From an uncultured bacterium (GTDB lineage Bacteria; Krumholzibacteriota; Krumholzibacteriia; LZORAL124-64-63): a DNA stretch of 64,000 nucleotides. Position numbers and translations under genes: made by a program. Below the pieces are notes generated by a model. That model saw only the letters and a list, made by a program, of their open reading frames with translations. It had not been told where the DNA came from and ran no database searches. The stretch lies in NCBI GenBank assembly GCA_963727525.1, contig CAVSGO010000007.1:1664001-1728000 (forward strand). The letters run 5' to 3'. Positions 55,672 through 64,000 of this stretch are shown piece by piece (positions within the stretch are counted from its first letter, which is position 1; the number at the start of each line of letters is the position of its first letter).

Positions 55672-57406
55672 CTAGGATCACCACTCCCCGGCCGTCGCGG
55701 CCGTCGATCCGAACATCGAGCGGCCGCGAGAGCCGCACGTGCCGTATGAACTTCGATTCAAACTGAGCGGGCAGCACATCGAGGCGCTCCCAGTCGATCC
55801 GGTCTTCCGCCCGGTGCCACACCGATAGATACAACACGCGGAAGCTCATCAGGTTGTGAAAGAAGTGCGAACCCTGGCTGAAATCGGGTTCCATGTCCGG
55901 CAGCGTCGCCTCCACGATCACGCGCGCGCCGCCGATCTGCGGCCACACCACGGGCACGCCCAGCCAGGGATCGCTGCTGCCCCAGCGGCCGAAGCCGATG
56001 AGCATGTACGGCCGCTGGGCCTCCACGAGGCGCCGGTTGAAATGTTCCAGTTCGCTCGCGATGTGGGGCGTGAACCGGGCCTGGAACATCTCGGGCCTCA
56101 GGTACACGATATCGGTGATATCGTGGCGCTCGCCATTGCCCAGCACCCGGTGCGACGACAGTAGCGTGCCCGGACCCTTCATCTCGGACTCGTCCACAGT
56201 CACCTGCTCCTCGAGCACCCTTAGCGGTCGCATCTGCAGGAAACCGAAGCGTGCGGGGGTCGCGTCGAGGTCGGTGGCGGCGAACTCGAACTCCACCGGC
56301 CCTCCGGCCGCGTCCGCCCCCTGCTTCAGCAGGTCCTGTACGAGGTCGTTCAGGGGCAACGCGTCGTACTGCAGGATGGGCGCGAAATCGAGCACGCGCG
56401 GACCGGCCACGCCGGGCCCAGGGCGCAGGCGGCCCGACGATGCATCCAGGGTGGACACGAGATGGGTGAGCACGCCGTCGTCCTCGGCGGTCGCGAGGTC
56501 GGCCTCCACGAGGTATTCCGACTCGTGGATCGGGTCCGGCAGCGGCGGCACGCCCATATGCACGGCCCAGAAGCGCACCTGGCTGTTGCGCGATCGATCC
56601 TCCGGGCTGGCGAACGGCGGCGGCGCGGCCGGCCACGTGGGCGCGTAGCTCCAGGCCAGCCCCCCGTCGACGATCTGGCGACCGAGGCCCAGGGCCAGCG
56701 TCACCACGCCGTCGGTGGCCTCGGCGCGGCCGGTGGGATAAGCGTTCCACGAGCGCGCGACCCCGGCAATCTCGGGATAGAACCGCTCGCCATGACGCAA
56801 CCCCACCACCTCCTGCACGATCACCGCCATCTTCTCCTGCCCCACCTCCTTTCCGATCGTGCGCAGGTAGGCCCGCGCATCACGGAAGAAGGTGGACGCC
56901 CAGACGAACTTCACGGCCTGCACGAGAAGGAGGAAGCGCCGGTCGGCCTCTTGCTGGTTGTTCGGGATCATCTTTGTCGCATAGACGCCGGCGAATGGAT
57001 GATCGAGTGCGTCCTCGAGGAGGCTGGACGAGCGCACGGCAAGCGGCTGACGCACGTGCTCCACCAGCGACCTCAGGTCTCCCAGCCACGGCACCGGGAA
57101 CTGCGCTTGCTGGAACGCATGGGCGATGCGGTCATCGCGCAGATCATCCACCGGTAGGGAAAGCAGATCATTCTGGGTGATGAAGGTATCGAAGACATCG
57201 GTCGCCAGCACGACCAGGCGAGGCACGTCCACGGCGAATTGTGGATAGGCATCAGCGGGCAACGCCGTGAGCACGTTCCGGCGCACGAGATCGAGGCCCG
57301 CGGCTTTGCCGCCGATGGCCCCGTCGCCGATCCGAGTCATGGTGTCTTCACCGGTCAGAAATCGGCGACCGAAGCGCGGCAACTCCGTACCGGGGGCGCT
57401 GAGCAT
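55658..57406 (-). CDS. PPDK-type nucleotide-binding (PEP/pyruvate-binding family) protein, no sensor domain
   Basis: IGGKAAGL, AVRSSSLLED...FAGVY, EKMAVIVQ, LQMRP, GFGRWGS, SQGSHFFHNL; AGGAGG RBS. Confidence 0.87.
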   Translation of the reverse strand: MLSAPGTELPRFGRRFLTGEDTMTRIGDGAIGGKAAGLDLVRRNVLTALPADAYPQFAVDVPRLVVLATDVFDTFITQNDLLSLPVDDLRDDRIAHAFQQAQFPVPWLGDLRSLVEHVRQPLAVRSSSLLEDALDHPFAGVYATKMIPNNQQEADRRFLLLVQAVKFVWASTFFRDARAYLRTIGKEVGQEKMAVIVQEVVGLRHGERFYPEIAGVARSWNAYPTGRAEATDGVVTLALGLGRQIVDGGLAWSYAPTWPAAPPPFASPEDRSRNSQVRFWAVHMGVPPLPDPIHESEYLVEADLATAEDDGVLTHLVSTLDASSGRLRPGPGVAGPRVLDFAPILQYDALPLNDLVQDLLKQGADAAGGPVEFEFAATDLDATPARFGFLQMRPLRVLEEQVTVDESEMKGPGTLLSSHRVLGNGERHDITDIVYLRPEMFQARFTPHIASELEHFNRRLVEAQRPYMLIGFGRWGSSDPWLGVPVVWPQIGGARVIVEATLPDMEPDFSQGSHFFHNLMSFRVLYLSVWHRAEDRIDWERLDVLPAQFESKFIRHVRLSRPLDVRIDGRDGRGVVILDGES

Positions 57407-57494
57407 GGCGCACCTCCTCTGGCAAGCCGTCGGTCGTACCGTCTCGTGGTGGGCGAGGCCGGACCGCCATGGCGGTCCAGCCTCCCGTGGTCGT

Positions 57495-58784
57495 CTAGAC
57501 CCAGCCGCGCTCGCGGCAAGCGGTGGCCACCCTGTTGATGGCCAGCACGTACGCCGCATCGCGCATGGAGAGCTTGCGCCGACGAGCGAGTTCGCTCACC
57601 GACACGTAGGCCGCGGTCATCTTGAGGTCGAGTTTACCGAGAACCTCTTCCATTTCCCAGAAGTAGTTCATATTGCACTGGACCTGCTCGAAGTAGCTGC
57701 AGGTCACGCCACCGGCATTGGCGAGGAAGTCGGGAATCACGAAGACGCCGCGCTCGTCGAGCACCGCGTCGGCCTCGGGCGTGGTAGGACCGTTGGCGCC
57801 CTCGGCGACGATCTTCACCTTCGCCGAGATCCGGCTCACGTTGTCCCCGGTGATCTGGTTCTCCATCGCCGACGGGATGAGGATGTCGACGTCCTGAGCC
57901 AGCCAGTCGTCGCCCGGCAACACGTCGTAGCCCGCTTTCTTGGCCTTGGCCTTGTCGATGCCGCCGAAGCGATCGGTGATGCCGCGCAGTTGTTCGAGAT
58001 CGACGCCGCTTCCGCGCTTGAACGTATACGACGTCTGGTCTTCCTGATCCCAGCTCGAGACGCAGATCACGCGTCCGCCCATCTGCTGGTACAGTTCGAT
58101 CGCATACTGCGCCACGTTGCCGAAGCCCTGCACACTCGCGGTCGTGGCGGCGGGCTTCAGATCAAGATCCTTGAGGGCTTCGCGCAGGCAATAGACCACG
58201 CCATAACCGGTGGCCTGGGTGCGTCCCTTCGAGCCGCCGAGCCCCACGGGCTTGCCCGTGATTACGCCGGGGTACCGCCCGCCGTGGATGGCCTCGAACT
58301 CGTCGAGCATCCACAGCATGTGCTGCGGACTCGTCATGACGTCGGGCGCCGGCACGTCGGACACGGGTCCGATGTTCTTGGCGATCTGACGCACGAATCC
58401 GCGGCAGATGGCCTCCTGCTCGCGGGCGCTCAGGTTGTGCGGATCACAGATCACGCCACCCTTGCCGCCGCCGAGCGGGATGTCCGCCACGGCGCACTTC
58501 CACGTCATCCACATCGAGAGCGCGCGCACGGTGTCGACGGTTTCCTGCGGATGGAAACGGATGCCGCCCTTGCAGGGGCCGCGCGAGTCGTTGTGCTGGA
58601 TGCGGAAGCCGTGGAACACCTTCATCGTCCCGTCGTCCATGCGGACGGGGATGGTGAAATGGTACTCGCGCATGGGACTGCGCAGGAGGTCGCGCGTGGC
58701 CTCGTCCAGCCCGATCAGATCGGCGATCTTGTCGAACTGCGCCCGCGCCATCTCGAACGGATTGAAGGAACCCTTGGCGGACAT
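57495..58784 (-). CDS. Glu/Leu/Phe/Val dehydrogenase (second glutamate dehydrogenase, different subfamily)
   Basis: RGPCKGGIRFHP, MTWKCA, GGGKGG, DVPAPD, QGFGNVA, EGANGPTT, ANAGGVTCSYFE. Confidence 0.93.
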   Translation of the reverse strand: MSAKGSFNPFEMARAQFDKIADLIGLDEATRDLLRSPMREYHFTIPVRMDDGTMKVFHGFRIQHNDSRGPCKGGIRFHPQETVDTVRALSMWMTWKCAVADIPLGGGKGGVICDPHNLSAREQEAICRGFVRQIAKNIGPVSDVPAPDVMTSPQHMLWMLDEFEAIHGGRYPGVITGKPVGLGGSKGRTQATGYGVVYCLREALKDLDLKPAATTASVQGFGNVAQYAIELYQQMGGRVICVSSWDQEDQTSYTFKRGSGVDLEQLRGITDRFGGIDKAKAKKAGYDVLPGDDWLAQDVDILIPSAMENQITGDNVSRISAKVKIVAEGANGPTTPEADAVLDERGVFVIPDFLANAGGVTCSYFEQVQCNMNYFWEMEEVLGKLDLKMTAAYVSVSELARRRKLSMRDAAYVLAINRVATACRERGWV

Positions 58785-58881
58785 GGAAGCCCCTTTCGTT
58801 GGGAAATTTAGGGCAAACAACGACGCCGCCGCGAGGGAAGTCAAGCCCAGGTTGTGATTCCTTGAACGGGCCGCTCGCCGA

Positions 58882-61872
58882 CTAGCGGGAGGCACCGTCC
58901 GTGGCCGGTCGCCGCACCACGCCGCGGCGTTGCCGACCGTCGATCACCACCTCCAGCGGAACCGCCAGGTGCACGTGCCGCAGGAACGTGCCCTCCCACG
59001 CGGCGGGCTGGGCGTCGAGCCAGTCCCAGTCGCAGGTGGCGGGCGGAGCGCCATGATTCACCGTGAGATAGCCCACCTGGAAGCTCGTGAGATTCTGGAA
59101 GAAGTGCGTACCCTCGCTGGGCGTGACGCGAAAGTCGGGCAGATCCGTCTCCACGATCACGCGGGCGCCGCTGATCTGCTCCCAGCGTACCGGAATGCCT
59201 AGCCAGCGATCGGCCGTACCCCAGCGGCCGGGACCGAGCAGGAGGTAGGGCGTCTCTGTCTCGAGCAGGCGCCGGTTGGCCTCGGCCACCTCGGCGGCGA
59301 TGGCCACCGTGTGCGCGCGCTCGAATCGCTGCCGCGGCACATAGACGATATCGCATAGATCCTCGTGCCGACCATTGCCGAGCGCCACCTCGCTGGCCAC
59401 CACCACGCGCGCCTCGTCGAGCGCCTCGCGCGCGAGGGACACGTTACCGGCCTGCAACGCCAGCGGCCGGATCTGCAGGAACCCGAACTGGTGCGGCACC
59501 AGGGACGGATTGGGACTGAGCGTCACCGCCCACTCCAGCTCCACCTGTGCGCTCATGCAGTTACGCCCGAGTTCCAGCAGGAATTCGAGGATCTCGGCGA
59601 GCGGGAAGATGCCGGATTTCAGCACGTGCGCGAAACTCACCACGCGGGTGCCCGGCCGCGTGATGCCGTCGGTGATGGCGCGGTTCTCGGCGGAATACGT
59701 GGAGCCCACCGCCGCAAGCGTCCCGTGTCGCTCGGCGTCCGCCAGGTCGAGCACGGTAAGGTCGTAGTCCTCACGCGCCTGGGGCGAGATGTCCGCATGC
59801 GAGAGATCGATGGCATGGAACTCGCGCTGGCTGCCCTTGAGCCAGTCGTCGATGGTGCCGAACTGTTGCAGGTGCTGCGGCTGGCGTGGATTGAAGCGCA
59901 GCACGTTGCCACCTTCCACGACCACCCTGCCCAGGCCCAGCGCCGCGCACACCACGCCATCGTGGGGATCGGCCCCCGGTTGCGGGTAGAAGTCGGTGGA
60001 GTGGGCCACGCCGGCGAAGTCGGGATAGAAGACGCGCTCGTGCCGACGACCGACCACCTGCTGGATGATCACGGCCATCTTCTCCTCTTCCGCCCGGCTG
60101 CCCGTGGCGGCGAGGTACGCCTTGGCGCCCCGGGTGAACACGGAGGCATAGACGAGCTTGATGGCGTCCACGAGCTGCCCCAGCCGCACGGCGAGTCGCG
60201 GATGATTGTTGGGCAGCATGTAGGTGGAGTACACCCCCGCGAACGGCTGGAACTGGCTATCCTCGAGCAGACTCGACGAGCGCACGGCGATCGGGTAGCG
60301 CACCTCGCGCAGGAAGGCCTCGAGATCGCCGATCACCGCGGAGGGGAGCGCGGCCCCGAGCAACGCCTGGACCACGAGAGCGTCGTCGACGTCGCCGTAC
60401 ACGCGATCCCGCAGACCAGGTGTATCGAGGACCTGATCGAACACGTCGGTGGCCAGCACGGCCGTGGGCGGCACCCGCAGATCGACCTCGGGGAACCGGT
60501 CCATCACGCCGTAGCGATGCAGCACCGCGTTCATGAACGCGAGCCCGCGCGCCTTGCCGCCCAGCGATCCCCCGCCGATGCGCACGAAGTCGTTGCGCAC
60601 GTCGAATTGCCGCCGCGAAAAATCCGCGACGATCCCGCGCTGGGTTTCGGTGCGGAAGCGGTCGAAGCTCTCGCGCAAGTAGCGGCGCAGCGCCCCGACG
60701 TCCGCGAACTCCCCTACCTTGCGCGGCCGGATGAGGGCCGCCAGCGCGAACTCGGTGCGCGCGCGCAGCCACGTGGAGAACTGATCGTTGCCGGCGTGAT
60801 GGATGATCGACGCGTCGGGCACCTGGTCGAGCTTCTCGACCATCTCGCGCAGATCCCGCGCGCGGCCCACCTCCGTGCCGTCGGGCAGGCGGAAGACGAA
60901 ATCGCCGAACCCGAAGTTGTCGGCCATGAAGACGCGCAGCTCGTGCAGCAGGGCGCGCGACCGCTTGTTGATAAAACCGGCGCCGATCGCCGCGGCCGAG
61001 GCGCGTAGCCCCTCGTTGGTCGACTGCAGCACCACCGGGAGATGCCGATCCACCGCCTTCACCTTGCCGATGAAGTCGAGCCCCGCCGTCTCCGGCACCG
61101 CGCCGTCCCACGGGAACTGACCGTCGCTGATCACGCCGAGCAGGTAACCCTGGTACTGGCGAAAGTAGCTCCAGGCTTCCTCAAAGGTGGTCGCGAGGAT
61201 GATCTTGGGACGCGCGCGCATCCGCAGGAGGCGGTGGCTGAGATTGATACCCTCGGCCATCAGCTCCTGCGTCTGGTGCACCACCTCGGTGTAGAGCATC
61301 GGCAGGTAGAGCGAGAAGAAGCGCACGGAGTCCTCGATGAGCAGGATCACGCGCACTTCGCCATAACGAGTGTCGTATGGCAGGTTCTTCTGGTCCTCCC
61401 AGCCCTTGATCATCGCCAAAAGCAGCCGCACGTCGCCCGACCAGAGGAACACGCGATCGATGGCGCCCTCGTGGCTCTGCCGCTCCACCTGCTGCAACTC
61501 GCGGGGATTCAGCACCAGCGTGTACACCGGCACGTCCGGATGGGTGGCCTTGATCCGCGCGGCGAGATCGCCGGCCTCGAGGTCGCCCAGGCGGGACATG
61601 GTGATGACGAGGTCGAAGCGCCGGGTCGCCAGCAGGTCGAGGGCCTCGCGGCCGCTGTTCGCGCGGGCGATACGGGGCGCGAAGCTCAGGTTCAGCTCGC
61701 GGTACTCGCTAAGGAGCAGCTCCGTGAGCCGTCCGCCCTCCTCCAGCGTGAAGGCGTCGTACATCGACGCCACCAGGAGCACTTCCTGCACCCGGAAGGG
61801 CATGAGATGGCTGAAGCCGCCGAACCTGTCCTCGGTCCCGGCCTGCAACTGGTGCCAGAAGGAGTCTTTCAT
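58882..61872 (-). CDS. Receiver-like domains + PPDK-type nucleotide-binding domain protein
   Basis: VLLVAS...FDLVIT and ILLIED...GVISD receiver-like segments; LGGKARGL, AVRSSSLLED...FAGVY, LQIRP, GPGRWGT, SEGTHFFQNL. Confidence 0.88.
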   Translation of the reverse strand: MKDSFWHQLQAGTEDRFGGFSHLMPFRVQEVLLVASMYDAFTLEEGGRLTELLLSEYRELNLSFAPRIARANSGREALDLLATRRFDLVITMSRLGDLEAGDLAARIKATHPDVPVYTLVLNPRELQQVERQSHEGAIDRVFLWSGDVRLLLAMIKGWEDQKNLPYDTRYGEVRVILLIEDSVRFFSLYLPMLYTEVVHQTQELMAEGINLSHRLLRMRARPKIILATTFEEAWSYFRQYQGYLLGVISDGQFPWDGAVPETAGLDFIGKVKAVDRHLPVVLQSTNEGLRASAAAIGAGFINKRSRALLHELRVFMADNFGFGDFVFRLPDGTEVGRARDLREMVEKLDQVPDASIIHHAGNDQFSTWLRARTEFALAALIRPRKVGEFADVGALRRYLRESFDRFRTETQRGIVADFSRRQFDVRNDFVRIGGGSLGGKARGLAFMNAVLHRYGVMDRFPEVDLRVPPTAVLATDVFDQVLDTPGLRDRVYGDVDDALVVQALLGAALPSAVIGDLEAFLREVRYPIAVRSSSLLEDSQFQPFAGVYSTYMLPNNHPRLAVRLGQLVDAIKLVYASVFTRGAKAYLAATGSRAEEEKMAVIIQQVVGRRHERVFYPDFAGVAHSTDFYPQPGADPHDGVVCAALGLGRVVVEGGNVLRFNPRQPQHLQQFGTIDDWLKGSQREFHAIDLSHADISPQAREDYDLTVLDLADAERHGTLAAVGSTYSAENRAITDGITRPGTRVVSFAHVLKSGIFPLAEILEFLLELGRNCMSAQVELEWAVTLSPNPSLVPHQFGFLQIRPLALQAGNVSLAREALDEARVVVASEVALGNGRHEDLCDIVYVPRQRFERAHTVAIAAEVAEANRRLLETETPYLLLGPGRWGTADRWLGIPVRWEQISGARVIVETDLPDFRVTPSEGTHFFQNLTSFQVGYLTVNHGAPPATCDWDWLDAQPAAWEGTFLRHVHLAVPLEVVIDGRQRRGVVRRPATDGASR

Positions 61873-62090
61873 GGGACGCAACTCTACTGCCCCGGCGCCG
61901 TGAAGGCCACAGGAAAGGGGTCGCGCCCGGCCTGTCACAGCGCTTCTCCGGGCGCGACTCGTGTCATGGTCAGTGCCCTTGCACGACAAAGACGACAATC
62001 GAGGTTATCTTGACGATGCTCGCAACAACCGTTAGCCTGCCCACACCACCGACCGTCACCATCGCGACGCATTTATCGAGGTCGATATTC

Positions 62091-62666
62091 ATGGCCGCCG
62101 GCGATGCCCCCGCAACACAGGGCACCCTGGACTGGGATGCCACTCGGCGGCAGCTCGCCGCGGTCCTCGGTCGGCTCGCGGGCTCCGTGAACGCGCCCCA
62201 GCTCGACGACCTCACCCAGGAGGCCTGTATCCGCCTGCTTCGCGCCATGCGGCGCGGCGGCGTGCGCGAGCCCGAGGGGATGCTGGTCACCGTCGCCCGC
62301 CGCACCTGGATCGACCACTTGCGACGCCGGCGGCGACAACGCCAGCGCTTCGTGGCCATGCCCGAGCACCTCGACCCTCCGGCCGACACGGACGAACCCC
62401 TGCGGGCCGATCTCGGCGACCTCGCCGAACGCCTGGAGCTGGTCGTGCAGGAGGTCTTCGTCCGCGAGGGCGCCGACGCCTGCCTCACGCTCGCCCACGC
62501 CTATTTCGCCGCCCAGGACTGGAAGCAGGTCGCCGCCGCCGCCGGCGACGGATACGACGCCGTGCGCAAGCGCTGGTCGCGATGCCTGGTTCTCGTGCGC
62601 CGAGCCCTCGCGGCCGATCCCGATTTTGCCGACCTGATCGATCGCCCGAGAGGAAGCGCGCGATGA
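62091..62666 (+). CDS. ECF-type RNA polymerase sigma factor
   Basis: DDLTQEA...VARRTWIDHLRRR (region 2); WKQVA...YDAVRKRWSRC (region 4); start uncertain. Confidence 0.75.
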   Translation: MAAGDAPATQGTLDWDATRRQLAAVLGRLAGSVNAPQLDDLTQEACIRLLRAMRRGGVREPEGMLVTVARRTWIDHLRRRRRQRQRFVAMPEHLDPPADTDEPLRADLGDLAERLELVVQEVFVREGADACLTLAHAYFAAQDWKQVAAAAGDGYDAVRKRWSRCLVLVRRALAADPDFADLIDRPRGSAR

Positions 62667-63487
62667 CTCACGACACGCATGTCACCTCCGACCGCGCCTT
62701 CGCCGCCCTGGCCACCGGATTGCTCGATGGTGACGATGAAGACGGTCTGCGCCGCCACCTCGCCACCTGCGAGCCCTGCCGCAACCGTTGGGATGCGTTC
62801 GTCGCGGATCGCGAGGAAAGCGACGACGCGCGCCACCTACCGGCCGCCATGATCGCACGCTGGGATCGCGCACGCGCCGAGCTGCGCGGCCTCGAGCGCG
62901 AGAGCGTGCGCCAGCATCTCGCGCGTTGCCGCGCTTGCCAGGAGGATCTGCGTGTCGCGGGGTTCTCGCCCGACCTAGCCGGCGCCGCTCCCGCACCTCG
63001 CGCCACCGTGATCCGCACGCACCCCTGGCGCTGGTTCGCCGGCGGCGCGGCGGCGGCCGCGGCCATGGCGGCGGTGCTGGTCGCACTCCTCCTGCCGCCA
63101 CACCCGCCACGGGACATTGGGGGCGTCGTGCCCTGGGTCGCGCCCGCTCAGCTACGCGGGGCGTCCGTGGCCACGGTGACCGTCGCCCCCGGAACGCCCA
63201 CCCTCACCCTCCTGCTCGGCACACCCACCGACTTCGACCCGACCCAGCCCGCCATCGTGGACGTGCGTTCCCCCGGCGGTACCCACGTGCTGCACGCCGC
63301 GATTCCGGCCGCGGACCTGCAGCGCTCCACCCTCGCGATCATGCTGACCATGACGCCGGCCATCACGGCCGGCGTCTATGACGTCACGCTGAGCCAGACG
63401 CAGGGAACACCGCAGATCACCTCGTTCGAGGTCATTTGGGCCGCGAAGAATGGTGATCGCACATCGAGCCCCGGTCTCACCCGCTAG
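62663..63487 (+). CDS. Membrane-anchored anti-sigma factor with two zf-HC2 motifs
   Basis: HLATCEPC and HLARCRAC, one TM helix, extracytoplasmic beta domain; ATGA overlap with the sigma gene. Confidence 0.78.
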   Translation: MTHDTHVTSDRAFAALATGLLDGDDEDGLRRHLATCEPCRNRWDAFVADREESDDARHLPAAMIARWDRARAELRGLERESVRQHLARCRACQEDLRVAGFSPDLAGAAPAPRATVIRTHPWRWFAGGAAAAAAMAAVLVALLLPPHPPRDIGGVVPWVAPAQLRGASVATVTVAPGTPTLTLLLGTPTDFDPTQPAIVDVRSPGGTHVLHAAIPAADLQRSTLAIMLTMTPAITAGVYDVTLSQTQGTPQITSFEVIWAAKNGDRTSSPGLTR

Positions 63488-63574
63488 ACCCGATTTTCCC
63501 ACCAGGAGGCGTACTTCAACTCGTGCCCTGGGCCCCGGTGGAACCGTCACCATGCGCCGTGGCACGTTGGGTGA

Positions 63575-64000
63575 CTAGCGGAACATCGCCTTGATCGAAC
63601 CCCAGTCGATGCCTTCGGTGGCGACCCCGTCGCAGCCGTCCTCCGTGACCACGACCTCGCCCCCCGTCAAGCCCGGTCCGCCAAGGAGTTCCGGATCCCA
63701 CGACGGGCAGTTGACATGCACATCGATGCCGGCGTCGAAGTAGATCTCCGCGCCTTCAGGTGCCGTGTTCGAGACCTCGACGGAGAGGTCGTCCAGGAAT
63801 AGATCGCAGCCCGACGCCACGTAGAACGCGCCGCCATGCCCATCGGCATGATTCTCGTTGCCGCCGACGATCTGCCCGCCGCCGTTCACGGCGCCGAGGT
63901 ACATCCCACCGCCGTTGCCGGTGCAGGTATTCGTGTAGCAGTAGACCTGATCGAAGGTGACGTTCGCGTCCACGAGATTGGCACCACCGCCGTTCGCGGC
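63575..64000 (-). CDS. Beta-helix/Pmp-like repeat protein with VATEGIDWGSIKAMFR tail; N-terminal part outside the window
   Basis: NGGGA, GNGGGMY, HGGAFY repeats; frame open to the window edge. Confidence 0.75.
   Translation of the reverse strand, partial: AANGGGANLVDANVTFDQVYCYTNTCTGNGGGMYLGAVNGGGQIVGGNENHADGHGGAFYVASGCDLFLDDLSVEVSNTAPEGAEIYFDAGIDVHVNCPSWDPELLGGPGLTGGEVVVTEDGCDGVATEGIDWGSIKAMFR

Noticed and set aside
51514-55749. 1411-aa plus-strand ORF, and similar long ORFs at 7780-9927, 30296-33733, 37216-39336, 47874-50660, 57267-58811 and 59365-61008
   Set aside because: Antisense shadows of well-supported minus-strand genes; high-GC codon bias suppresses stops on the opposite strand; no recognisable motifs.
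55658-61872. Annotating the PPDK_N proteins as ppsA/ppdK
   Set aside because: No C-terminal pyruvate/PEP-binding barrel and no canonical GGxTSHAA motif.

Overview
GC-rich bacterial chromosome segment. The lineage is inferred from gene content (Kdo transferase, a PorU-like C25 peptidase with FlgD/T9SS-type tail, the yggS-divIVA-PNP-ileS-dksA-lspA-rluD block, W-G-x-V/I-K-A-L-F tails) to be an FCB-group candidate phylum such as Krumholzibacteriota/Latescibacterota/Eisenbacteria. Most genes are on the minus strand; the long plus-strand ORFs in the track are mostly antisense shadows. Housekeeping content: LPS genes, queC/queE, mltG/ruvX, ileS, a stand-alone fusA, kbl, fba, gdhA, ovoA, tRNA-Asp, tRNA-Val and tmRNA. 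Two candidate undescribed systems stand out. (1) 49-62 kb: three PPDK-type ATP-grasp proteins that lack the pyruvate-binding barrel but share an S-x-G-[TS]-H-F-F motif. One carries receiver domains, one a GAF-like domain plus a nucleotidyltransferase domain. They are interleaved with two glutamate dehydrogenases and a convergent metallophosphoesterase. (2) 17.9-25.3 kb plus 63.6 kb: secreted proteins ending in a shared 16-residue C-terminal motif, next to a PorU-like C25 peptidase and a dockerin-like protein. Also seen: a 176-bp nested palindromic element, a gene flanked by inverted repeats, a structured 5' leader, a small CDS whose stop codon lies inside tRNA-Val, and a GVHH-type IleRS. No integrase, transposase or CRISPR array was seen. 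All family calls come from reading motifs by eye, not from database searches.
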